In this document: one piece after another, positions 50,045 through 62,036 of the stretch
Layout of the letters: each line of letters begins with the position of its first letter
Position numbering within the stretch: position 1 is the stretch's first letter
Source of the DNA: Rhizodiscina lignyota
Taxonomy: Eukaryota
NCBI GenBank assembly: GCA_010015805.1
Contig: ML978134.1
Span: 682,001-746,000 of the forward strand
DNA length: 64,000 nucleotides
Direction of reading: 5' to 3'
Position numbers and translations under genes: made by a program
Notes under the pieces: model-generated
The model's database searches: none
What the model saw: the letters and a program-made list of their open reading frames with translations, nothing else
Told to the model about the DNA's origin: nothing

Positions 50045-51743
50045 ATGGACCTCTCCGACGAGTCCGATCCCTTTTACTTTCTGATTGAGGATCGCAATCG
50101 GCCTCCCTTCGATCCCTTTACGCTCGAGTACATATTCACACCTGCTCCCTTCTCTCTATCAAAGCTCATACTGACATGCGTGTTGTAACAGGCAAGACCT
50201 ATTCTCCGCCAATTATGACACAATACCCGCTCCTCAGCCCTCAAAAGGCCCTTCTGCAGTACCTCCTTCGAATGCCGACGCCGGCGCCTCGGCGCACGGT
50301 GTTCGCGAAGACATAGAGCAGCCCCGAGACGACTTTATGAATATGGGAAACGACAGCTTTTGGCAGCAAGACCTCGATACTTGCACATTTCACTGCTGCG
50401 ATGACCCATGTCCACCGCTCACAGTTGCGTGCACTGACGCCGACTGCAACATACCCAATCGATGCGATGATGTCTGTGGGACATGCAATGACACTGGTTG
50501 CGAAGCAGAGCCGTGCGAAGATACATCATGCCCACTATCTTTCCAGCACTTCGATGTATGCTTCCAGCCCGCTTGCGCTCCATCGCCAGAGGCCGGGCCT
50601 TGCACTTCCGCTCCGTGCAACCTTGACAACTGTGGTGGAACTTTCATAACGGATACTTGTCCGGAGCCCTCACACCAAGGCTGGGATCCGGACTGCCCCA
50701 ATAGTACGCTATGTCCTGATGTGCTGCATAATTATGGCACTCAGCCATGGTCCAACTTTCACCAGGAACACCCAACCGCAGCAGATCCAATCAACTGGAT
50801 AACCCCGGAAGAACTTCATCAAGATTGGCACTATGATACTTCACTTCCATCATTAAGTCCAGTAGCTTCTTCTCTAAGTGCGCCTACTCCTTCTTTTGAA
50901 CTTCCGGTTGCCGACCAGATGGAACCTCAGCATGTTCGAGATGGGCGAGTACCAAGATCGGCTGGAATTGTGCCACGAAAGCGAGACGAACCCTTTCATC
51001 ACAAGCCAAAGCGAATGCGGACTGAACCATCCGTACGAGATGAATCCACACCAGAGTCGACATTACATGGAAGTATCAGTGCATCACGGCAGAGTACGTT
51101 CACGCCTACTCCACTTCATAACGGAGAGTCTCCTGCCCCACAGCAACCTTCGCTCTGTCACTGGGTCCTCAACCCCTTGGATCCACCCTCGCAACAACAA
51201 CTGTGTTCTTTCACAGCGGCATCTGCAGACGATCTCCATAACCACATACTCAGAGCTCACACTCAGCACCTCAACGCTACGAAGGGCTTCGTCTGTCACT
51301 GGCACGGCTGCCCACGTTTCGCATCTGCCTCCTACGGCCAAAAGTCGAAGCTCAATCGACACGTTCAGACTCACTCACACTTCCTCCCGTACGCCTGCTC
51401 TTTCACAGGTACGCCTTACTTCTGCACCAAACGATTCAGCACCAACGACCAGCGTCGCAACCATGAGGCGACGCACACAGATGACAGGAAATATCAGTGC
51501 TCTGTCTGCGGAGCACGGTTCAAGCACGCCACGAGCTTAAGTACGCACAAGTTCACGCACACTGGAGAGAAGCCGTATAAGTGTTGGATATGCGGTAAAG
51601 CGGAAGGCGATCCGAGTAACAGGAGCAAGCATGTCAAGAAGGAACATCCAGGATGGCCAAGAGTCCGGCCAACCGATTGGGATGACGCCAGGGTTGAGCA
51701 GGAACGGCAGCTGAGAGGTATGACGGGCGTAAAGGAGTCATGA
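50045..51743 (+). CDS. C2H2 zinc-finger transcription factor, Zap1/ZafA-like, with Cys-rich N-terminus
   Basis: Five C2H2 fingers: the first two of tandem CxW type, plus 'QKSKLNRHVQTH' and an 'HTGEKPY' linker. A short first exon from ATG 50045 is joined in frame via an intron at about 50128-50191. Confidence 0.8.
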
Positions 51744-52636
51744 AGGGAAATGATTAATGACTGTACGATGTTGGCTAAGTGGCTTGCTGGTATCAGCCGT
51801 AGAGCTAGAGATACCATTGGGTAGATGCTCCAAAGTGAATGCATCAGATTATAAGCTTAAAAAATCGTCTGATGAAGCTAAAGCTAAGACCGAATCCATG
51901 ACGGACTCAAAACATATTCAAAATAAGTTGCAGTCCAGAGCCCTCACAGGTTAAGGCACCTCGAGTTCACCTCCACTATAAAAGCGTTAACTCTCTGCAT
52001 CGATCTCTGCCTTCTATGTGAAGGTTAAAGCTATTGAATAGCTGACGTATCCCTGCCCAAAAAAGAAGATTGCTCGCAAGGGCTTGCAAGGGCAAGTTAG
52101 CCCGGCCTTACCCTAACTTTTCTAAGTATTGCTTGGAGTGGTCGCATCTCACACGAGCACACCAACGAGCTCGGCAAGGTACACTAAGCTTATACCTCGC
52201 TTACCAAATCGCGAATCTCCTGGGTAGCTGGAAAGGCTACAATTGCTTCCCTAATAAATTGTTTTCCTAACCGTGATTGCCTTCATAGCGTGGAACTGAG
52301 CGTAAGAGATTAGCGGAAAGATTACGCATCACCAACGAGTGCAGGCACTTGGTATTTACATACGCGTAAGACGCGGCGAACAAAAGCTCACCCCGAAGAA
52401 CCGTGATAAATACCTTGACTTTATCTTCGTGCTCACACGCACGTTGTGCAGGCAGCCTTGAAAAGTCGAAATTTCGCTCTCAATTGGGCTATTGCTTGCG
52501 CGTGACGGAACGAGAGCTGAGTCGGAGCTGAGCTGGACTCTAATCGGCCCTTCGATATATACCTATCCTATCGCCAAGAAGCATTTCTTTGCATTGCCGC
52601 AACTACTTGTCATTTCAAGCCAACTGAAAATCCACA

Positions 52637-54259
52637 ATGGGCAGCAAATCGTACGATTTTGACGCTCTACGGAAGAGCCTGTCGTCAGAGGCATTGGTTG
52701 TGACTCCAGACTCGGAAGGGTACGAGGATAGCCTCAAGAGGTGGAGTGAAAGCAATGTCAAGAGAGCTGTATGTTTAGCGTTTCCTTCACGTCCACGTCT
52801 CACGTTTTTCCGGTTGTCTGAAACTATATTGAGCCTTTCAAAACTGGCCTTGATTGTCTCAATGTTTCCCGGTTCATGTCGATCACAATGCCGATGCTAT
52901 TTCTCTACGCAACTTCTATAATCTTGTCGTGACCCTCGAAAACACCTCTCTACGCAGAAAAACGTGCATATTTATACTAACAGCCACAAGCTCGCGGTCA
53001 TCCAGCCTACAACAACAGAAGATGTCTCCACAGCCATCAAATTCTGCACTTCTAACAAGCTCCCCTTCGTGGCCGTTTGCGGTGGTCACTCAACTTCCGG
53101 CTCGAACGCCACTGACGATGGTGTTTGCATCGACTTGGGCAAGAAGATGAAAGGGGTCTCTGTGGACCCTGCTACGAAGACGATCACCGCGCAGGGAGGG
53201 GCTTTCTGGAAAGACGTCGATGTCGCAGCAGCTGCTCACGGCCTCGCTACTGTTGGTGGCACTGTCAACCATACCGGAATTGGCGGCCTGACGCTTGGTG
53301 GCGGATATGGCTGGCTCAGCGGCAGGTATGGCATGACCGTCGACAACTTGTTGAGCGCGACGTGCGTTCTTGCGTCCGGTGAGATTGTAAAGTGCTCTGA
53401 GAGCTCAGAGCCAGATCTGTTCTGGGCGTTGAGAGGCGCCGGCCAGTCCTTTGGCATCGTTACGGAGTTTGTGTACAAAGCATATGACCAGAAGAACAAA
53501 GTGTTCGCGGGCATCGCCATCTTCACGCCGGACAAGCTGGCACAAATCACGGAATTCTCAAACAAGCTGATCGCATCTGGGAATACGGATGTGGCGATGA
53601 ACTGGGGCTTCACTGCACCACCACCAGCAAACCAACCTGCTGTGCTGGCTGGGATCTACTACAACGACGGAGACGAGGCCGTAGCCCGGGAGTATTATAA
53701 GGAATTGCTCGATCTGGGACCCGTGATGGACACGTTGACCATGATGCCCTACGAGTTGCTCAATGGGGTGCTCGCCGCGGCCGCGGGCTACGACGGCCGC
53801 AAGCTTTTCGGCGGCAGCAATTTCACCGCACCGCTCGATCCTGCCTTCACCCAGGCCGTGTTTGACAAGTTCACCCAGACCATCATGAGCGAGAAGGACG
53901 CAGGTGGGAGCGCCGTTCTGTTCGAATGCATCCCGAACAGTAAAATCAGGAGCGTGCCGAGGGACGCAACGGCGTTCGCGAACCGCGGCGACTACTACAC
54001 ATTCGGTCTGATCTGGAAGTGGTTCGACCCGGCGCTTGACACGAAATTCCGGCAGCACAACCGTGAGCTCGCGGAGTTCGTACGGAACGAGGGCGGGACG
54101 AAGAAGGCCGGGGATGTGGGCAATTACAGTAACTACATTGGACCGGAGGAGAAGACGGAGAGCGTGTTTGGGGTCAACTCCGCAAGGCTGCGGACGCTGA
54201 AGGCAAAGTACGATCCGGATAATTGGTTCAACAAGTTTCACCGGCTCCTGCCGAATTGA
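52637..54259 (+). CDS. FAD-linked oxidoreductase (BBE-like / 6-hydroxy-D-nicotine oxidase-like)
   Basis: 'CGGHS' (covalent-FAD His), 'GGLTLGGGYGWL..RYG..VDNL', 'DLFWALRGAG..FGIVT', 'RLRTLKAKYDP.N.F'; intron 52769-52990. Confidence 0.92.
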
Positions 54260-54644
54260 GGCCAAAATGGCTGAGCGATGGATGCCCGGAGTTTAGCCGC
54301 GAAGAGTTCGGCGGCACGCCATCGCCCAAGGGAGACTAGCTCCTTCGTACATTCAATCTCGCGGGCAAGAAGCCTGTTGCATCGCGTTCGGCAGATCCAG
54401 CACGCGATTCCAGATTTTAGAACCTGGTAAAGAAGCATCATTTTCCCCGAGTGGCTTCGTGTGTCCCCGCAATTAACCCCGCAAAGCTTGACCTCGATGT
54501 CCATGATGAGTTGCATGATAAATCCGAAGGAATTAGAAGAAGCCCGATGGCTGCTGCAGCAGTTCATGTAGGTACGCCCATTGCTCTGGTAACTGCCTGA
54601 GGATCAATCCCATTGCCGTTGAGTTGGGTTTACAATCCTTCAAA

Positions 54645-56552
54645 ATGAACATTCCTAAATTTCTCTCTTTCTTGACTTTGGTCGGGCTGTCCGCGGCAGG
54701 GAGTTACAATAACCCAACCGTAGACCTAGGCTATGAGATCCACCAAGCGACTTTCAATGTATGTTGAATGGACTGGAAACGCGTTGATCCAATCTAGCTG
54801 ACGTTTATCAGGAATCCGGCCAATATTACAACTTCTCGAATGTGCGCTACGCAGCGCCTCCGTTGGGCAACTTGCGATTTGCACCACCCGTGGCACCCAC
54901 AGGCAAGAAGGTCTTCAACGATGGATCGAAATCCAGGATCTGTTATCAAGGCATCCCATCCTGGACAGCCCTCAGCGCGGCATGGGTCGCAAATGGCACT
55001 GCAGCTTTCAATCTTTCCGCTGGCTATCAGCCTCCACCAATTACGAGCTTGCCGCCACAGGATCCTGCGAGCACAGAAGATTGTCTCTTCTTGGACGTCA
55101 TGGTTCCAAAGACGGTCTTTAACAAAGCAGGGAAAGGACCTGGAGCTCCGGTGTACGCGACATATGCCTTTCTCTTATAAGACTTTTGATCCTTACTGAC
55201 GACACAGGATGGTCTGGATTCACGGCGGCGGCTACACTTTAGGATCGAAGCTGGAATACAGCCCCTCCGCTGCTGGTCTGATGTTAGAGAGCCAGGACGA
55301 CGGCAGCGAGGGAATCATATGGATTGGACTGAACTACCGTATCGGAATTTTTGTACAGTTCAGCCACCTCGCTTTATGCCGAGTTCTCATGTCTAATGTT
55401 CTGTGCTCGTAGGGGTTCCTGTCCGGACCAACATTCGTTAGTGAAGGCGGCACTGCTAACAACGGGCTCCGCGACCAGCGATTCGCTTTAGAATGGGTTC
55501 AGCAGTACATACATTTGTTCGGCGGCGACCCGAAACGCGTGACGATCATCGGCGAGTCTGCCGGAGGTGGCAGTGTGACGCACCAGATTACTGCATACGG
55601 AGGTCTGAAGGGCCCGGTTCCATTCCAACAGGCCATTGTGCAAAGCCCAGGCTTCCAAATGACGCCGAGCACATTTCACGAGGAGTCGATATTCCAAGAG
55701 TTCTTGACTACGGCCAATGTGAAAACACTACAACAGGCCAGAGGCATGTCCTCTGAGCAGCTGCAACTGGCCAATTGGAAGATTGTTGGAAACTCGTTCC
55801 CGTATGGCACGTTTACTTTTAGTAAGCCACTCTTTTCGTATCTGAGTAAAGCGGCAAGATTCGACTGACCTTGGTGACGAAAAGATCCCGTAGTCGATGG
55901 CGACTTTGCACCAGATCTCCCAGGGAAGCTGCTACTGCGTGGTGGCTTCGACAAGAGTCTCCGCATCATAACCGGCCACAACATCGATGAAGGCTACAAT
56001 TTCATGGATCCTTGGGCCCAGACCAACGCCGTCTTCGAGGAAGACCTCCGCATCTACCAGCCCACCATCACCAATGAGGCCGTCCAGTACATCTCCAAGA
56101 CACTCTACCCAGAAAAATATGACGGTTCAGTAGGCAAAAGTGTGGTAGGATTCCCGAACGGATACACCAATCCGACAGGAAGGATGGACCTCCTCATTAC
56201 CGAAGCATTCTTTACCTGCAACACAGCCTGGCTCATGGCCGCCTTCGAAAACCGGTTCTGGTCTTACATCTTTACCGTGCCGCCTTCGTTGCACGGCGAC
56301 GACATTGTGTACACATATTACAATGGCCCAAATTTCCCCGCTGTCGGGAACAATACTTTGGCTCAGATCATGCAGCGGTATTTTACGAACTTCGCGCAAA
56401 CAGGGAATCCGAATGGGCCCGATGTGCCCTTCTTCCCAACGTATGGCAATGACCATACGTGCTTGAACTTGAATCTAACGTTCATTGACACAATTCCGGA
56501 TAATACGAAGAACGAGAGGTGTGACTGGTGGCAGAAGGGATTGTATGCCTAA
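54645..56552 (+). CDS. Secreted carboxylesterase type B / lipase
   Basis: Signal peptide, 'PTVDLGYEIH', 'EDCLFLDV', 'WIHGGG', 'FGGDP.RVTIIGESAGG', 'HNIDEG', 'SLHGDD'; four introns. Confidence 0.93.
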
Positions 56553-59500
56553 ACCCTCATGTCAGTAAAATATATATCGAACCAATTGAAGAAATAGCAC
56601 ATGCAAGATTTGAGAAATGATAATGAATAATGAAATGCAATGTGGGAAATATTCTTTCCAATGCTAGATGGTTGACGGGGCCGTCACCTTAGACCTTGGC
56701 CTCACAGTGGTGGTGGAAGACTTTGACATGGCTTAGCCATCGGTCCAGTAGATCAGACAGTTGGAACAAATGGCGCCTTTGTACACTCAGCATCTCCGGA
56801 AGGCCAAATACTGCATCCCTGTTTGCCAATCGATCGGGATTAATAAAGCGGTGAGCTGCTTCACAACATCCAATCGCTGGAGAGAGTTCGGTCGAGCTTC
56901 ACCAACGGAATGCATTGTACTTGTGCCTGCCTGCTTGAGGTGACGTAGCTGGGCTCGAGGGTCGCGGATCATCGAGGCTCCGGAGCGCAATACAAGGTCG
57001 CATTGGCGGTAACTGAGCGAGAAGCAACAAAGTTCAGATTTGTCCTTACGATTCAGATGTCACTCCCTGTCTTAGACTTCCGCCGCCCAAGCTTGGATTC
57101 TCCGCCGGTATTGAGTTTGATGGAGTTTATCTGGTTGGTGATAGAGGCTGGGACGAGGCAGGAGGCCGAATTGTGGCGGTGACCTGTAGTTCGGAAGGAG
57201 AGGAGAATGTGTAGCATCGCGTCGGAGATGTTACGAGACGGGTGAAGCAGCGGCGGTCAGGGAAGCGGCGAGTCTCCTGCATACTGCATGTAGTACAATT
57301 TCATCGATCGCACTGTAAATGTTACAGGTCAGCAAAATGTTAAGAGAAATTGTGATAAACTGTGAGTAGAATTCAATGGACCTCGGATGCCCCATTTCAA
57401 AAGCCGGTCGTGGCTTGGTGGGCTCATGGAAGAAAACGGACGAGTCTACGGTAATGGAGCGAACTCAAGACGCCCTTTGCGCTTCTCTCTTATTTACCCT
57501 TGTACAAAACATTATGGTTATCCTCACGGCGAGATATGAAACTGTAGCTTCGCGTAAGCAACCCTTGATCAGTTATGAAAAGATCTCTTCAAAGCGGTGT
57601 GCACAGCAGAGATTGAATTCCTGGTGGAGCAATCCGAACTTGTCGGACTTAACGCTCGCCTTTTGCTCGCACTGGGCCAAGTAGAATTAGGAAATGCTTT
57701 GCATTCTCATCGGCCGATAACAATGTCTGATATCCCATCAGGGGCTTGACCCTAATCAAGAGCCATTGGTGGCCGCTTTTGAACTCGACTTCGCGCCTGC
57801 TGCCTAAAGCTGAGCGAGGTTTCGTCCTGTGAATCTCGATCCTGTCAATGAAAGGTCAGTATCGCAGTCACAATGAAGGCAACCGACTCAGGGGAAGTCA
57901 GCTGACCGCCTCAGCCTCGTGTGGCGACTCATACGCGTCGTCTCGACTTCGGATTGGATATTCGCCACCGTGCTCAGCCTGGATACAGGGCCAGTAACGC
58001 CGGACAACGACGTCGCCACGTGATGTTTTTATACAAGATGCCTTTCCAGAGTTATGACTCATGGCAATGACTGAGCCACAGTGTCGTCTACAGTGTTTTG
58101 GACATCTTTGTAAATGTTTTGCAGTCTGTAAGTGCAAGTGCCGTGGTAAGCGGACTCCACTCGACTTGCGCACGATGCTGAACAAGCGCATCTTCCAACC
58201 CCCGCTGCAGCGTTGTCATTATGCCAGAAAACCGGCGGCATGGTTCTCCGGATGTCATACGGGAGCTCGCATACTCCTCAGTTGCAGCAGGTAGTGCTGG
58301 AGACGCGCTCGTTGGGCGTGGACAGGAGGCTGGCGGCATCGGACGGGTGTACTCCAAACAAAATCAAATTTCCATGTGCGATTGCTTCTGCGCGGGCCAC
58401 ACAAAGTCTTCCTGGCTCTTCCACCGCTTTCTTTGTTGGGCGAGACAGTAAGAAACATACGAGAGGGGAAATCAAGTTGTTTGGCTGCACGATGCGTTGG
58501 TAGCATGCTGTATTGATACCTTACGGGCCAGTGGATAGCCCAAATATTCATGCTTCGAAAGTGCGCATGCGCAAGTGTGAAATCATCGCACCTTCGCTCG
58601 ACGCCACGGCACGCGCGAGGGTTTGCAGCCAATGATCGGGAGGGCGGGAATGCAAGATGGACGGGGATGGGCGTTTGGTGGAGGTGATAGGCGCAGAGAG
58701 GAGGTTCTATGCTAAGACAGCGCGGCGGGACAAGAGCCGGAGCGGGCCCTTAACCGTGCCGGGGCTAGCTCTTAGGAGGGAATTGGCATGAATCCTTGCT
58801 GGGAGACTGCGACGAAGCGAATCAAAAGAACTGCTACACAAGCGAGGCCACAGGTCGTGGAGCGGATGTTTGCTGGCGCATCTCGCTGCATGCTCCTCGT
58901 CCAGGAGAGCGGGCCTTGCGCAACTGATATGACTCCTTTTCCTTATTGCCGCACTTACGACGCCGGACACTGGGCAAAAGTCAAACAGTGATCGTGTTGC
59001 GGTCAGCGATGGCACGAGCCAGTAAGGTTAATGATCCTCACAGAAAATTTTTCTCTCCAGCCAATTTTGAAATTACGCTGATGGAGTGTGCGGTAGAAGC
59101 CACGCTCGTATTTTGGCGAGACGAACCACTCCCCAGGGACGCACTTGGACACCGTTCTAGAAACTGGAAGGCAGAAAGGGGACGCATTGGCAATTTTTCG
59201 TGTATTAGGTGAGGCTCAGCTCGTGTGGGTTTTAAAACACAAGGCAAATCCCAGGAGCGGGAGACCAACCGCAGCCAAGGGGAGCTTTTTTGACTCGTCA
59301 AGCCACTGAGATCCGGCGTCGCGGAGTGCGTTCCAGCAGCATGTCGCTTGCCGCTCCTCCTCGCCCGGCGCTCTGTGGAGTCGTGGGTAATGAGCGGGAA
59401 GAACCCTGAAGGCAATCCAATTGAACAAACGGGCGGGCATGCGCGTGTGAAGAGCACGGCGACTTCAGCTCAGGAATTGCGCCGAGGAAGGATCAAAAGG

Positions 59501-60836
59501 GTGCACGAGTTGTCGCAAGAGCAGACAGTTCGATCGCCTTACGTGACAGCAGCGCGGAGGGTTTGCAGCCTCTCGAAACGCATGAAGCTAATCATGGCTG
59601 GGTCCAGCTCGAAATTTCGCGGTCGCATTGACACTGGCACCACGAAAATACGTATGATGTTTGTGCGAGGTAAGAAGCGAAAGGGGCTGGATCCGGATCG
59701 ACGAATTCCATATTTTATTGCTCAACTGGGTGTGCGCACCGAGCGTGTGGCTATGATCTATCGCATGTATCCCAGGGTGAACGTTGATTGCGAGTCAATT
59801 TGGATATACTGTGTGCCATGACGAGTTCCCTGACGACTCCGTGGGTGGCAGGCGGCGCAAGAGCGGCCTTTACGGACGAAGCACTGCTTTTAACGGAGCG
59901 AAGGTGGTGGAGGTGGTGGAACTTGAAGTCGAGCCGGGCAAACCTACTTTCTTCTGCTGACTGATACGTCTGGTCGAGGTGGAGGTGACGCGCATCACCT
60001 CTCTTTTCTTGTTCTTTCTACGGCGCTCTCCTACCAAATGTGAGTAATCTCCAGTCAATGCGAGAAAGAGGCAGTGTCCCATGACGCGTTTGCTGCGAAT
60101 GAAACGGGCATGATGGATCTTAATAGTCATATAGGCCGCAACGCAGGGCGTCAACACAGGGAATTTTGTCTCTGAACGCACCACTCACAAAATCGAGAGA
60201 AGCGCTTTCGAAGCGGATTTGCCAGCATCACACTCACACCCTCACCGATTCTCTCACTCCTTCAGGGTTCCAGCCACCTGAATTCCCCCAACCAGGGGTA
60301 GTGGGTCTGAGCGCCTAAGCCGCCGCAGCTCCCAGGATCCCAACTGTGTACACCGGTTTAGAAACCCAGGTAATATACTAGCAGGGGGCAAGGGTGCAAG
60401 TGCCGCTCAGAACCCATCCATAAAGAGTTGGGAGCCCGCTGCGGAACTTGACCAAGACTCGCGCTTTTCAAGCCAATATCCCATCCACACCAAACGACAG
60501 AACCACCACCACAACGTCGGCCACGACGATTCCACCGCGTTCCAACAGGGTCTATCGAGATAGATCCTACCAGAGTTCTCAAGACTCAGCAGAATAAACG
60601 ACCAAATGTGTGAAAGACGAGTCAACGGCGCCGCTTCCACTCCTCTTTCCTCACCCACAAACTTCACATACATACAACAACCACCACCTCAAGATCGACC
60701 ACGTCGCGCGCCGAGGTGAGACTGCGCCTCGGCGCATCAATCGTTAACGCCGTCCAAGGCCATTTCTCTATCTCCTCTTCCTGTCATCATATAAATACTC
60801 ATCGACGCCACACGACATTGCGTTCAATGTTCAGTC

Positions 60837-62036
60837 ATGGCGTACGCCCAATACCCCCCAGGACTCTTCGAGTTCGAGTACAGAACACCACCGCGCAACG
60901 CGCAAACGCCACAGCCTGGATACTACAACACACACAGATTCAGCAGCTACAACACACCGTCGCCCCGAGGTAGTCCAAATCCAAAGGCTCATCATACGAG
61001 GCGGGCAAGCCAAGAGTACTACAGCTCAACGCGACCCCCCAACTACACTTCACATTCGACGCCGCGGCCATTCGCGCAGAGCACGCCGCTGCGTCCCGAA
61101 TATGTAAGTGGTTTTGATCGTATGGGGGCCAAGGCCCGCCGCTTCCGCAACTCGGACGGCCCACCTCGTGGTGCGTCCGGCTACCCGCAAAGGAGCGACA
61201 GCAAGCACCAGTCCTCGACCCGCTACTTCCACAATGTGGTCGAGGGCGACGAGTTCGACTACTTCGACGCACCGCCGCCGTACGAGCCGTTTCCGCGATT
61301 CCCTGGTGCTGATCATTTTGGTTTTGGTACACAGGATCCCTTTGCTCGCCACTATTCAGCTGAGCCAGAGGCGGAGCGGCCCCGAACGGCCAGACGACCG
61401 ACGACTTCAGCGGGTCGCACACAGCAGTCACCTCCCAAGCGACCGTCGACGACGAAGCCACAACAACCCCCGAGGCACAAGGCGTCAGAGGACGACGCGC
61501 GTCGAGCAGGCATTCCAGCCGGCTACTCTTACAAGAATTGGGACCCTACCGAAGAGCCAATCACCCTCCTCGGCAGTGTCTTCGACGCCAACTCTCTCGG
61601 CAAGTGGATCTACGATTGGACAGTCTTCCGCTACGGCGCCGCCACTCCCTTCTCCGATATTGCCGGTGATCTGTGGTTATTGTTGATCCAGCTCGCCGGC
61701 AAGGTCAAGCGTGCCGACCATCTCATGCCAAAAATCCGACGCGAAGACAATCGCGAGATGGTTGAGGACTTCCTCGAGAGTGGCGAGAGGCTGTGGATCC
61801 GATTCAAGAAGTTACTTAAGATTTGTGAAGATTACATGTGGAAGGCCGCAAAGAGAAACAGCGGCGAAAAGAAGCCTATGCAGATGGGCAAGGACTCCGG
61901 ATGTGAGTTTGTTGACTCACTATTCGGACGGGACAGGGAACTGGACAAGACGGAGAAGTTGATGAGCGCTGTCAGGCTCTGGAGTATGCGGTTCGACGCA
62001 AACTGCGAGGAAATTCTACGCAATCCTTCTGCCTAG
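60837..62036 (+). CDS. Conserved fungal hypothetical protein (family often auto-annotated 'vegetative cell wall protein gp1-like')
   Basis: Intronless 399 aa; disordered N-terminal half and conserved C-terminal domain 'IPAGYS.KNWDPTEEPI.LLGSVFDANSLGKWIYDWT...FVDSLFGRDREL..TE..M...RLW..RFDANC'. Confidence 0.85.
   Translation: MAYAQYPPGLFEFEYRTPPRNAQTPQPGYYNTHRFSSYNTPSPRGSPNPKAHHTRRASQEYYSSTRPPNYTSHSTPRPFAQSTPLRPEYVSGFDRMGAKARRFRNSDGPPRGASGYPQRSDSKHQSSTRYFHNVVEGDEFDYFDAPPPYEPFPRFPGADHFGFGTQDPFARHYSAEPEAERPRTARRPTTSAGRTQQSPPKRPSTTKPQQPPRHKASEDDARRAGIPAGYSYKNWDPTEEPITLLGSVFDANSLGKWIYDWTVFRYGAATPFSDIAGDLWLLLIQLAGKVKRADHLMPKIRREDNREMVEDFLESGERLWIRFKKLLKICEDYMWKAAKRNSGEKKPMQMGKDSGCEFVDSLFGRDRELDKTEKLMSAVRLWSMRFDANCEEILRNPSA

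Noticed and set aside
37304..56552. Secondary-metabolite biosynthetic gene cluster
   Set aside because: No PKS, NRPS, terpene or DMATS backbone gene in the interval, and the genes are functionally heterogeneous.
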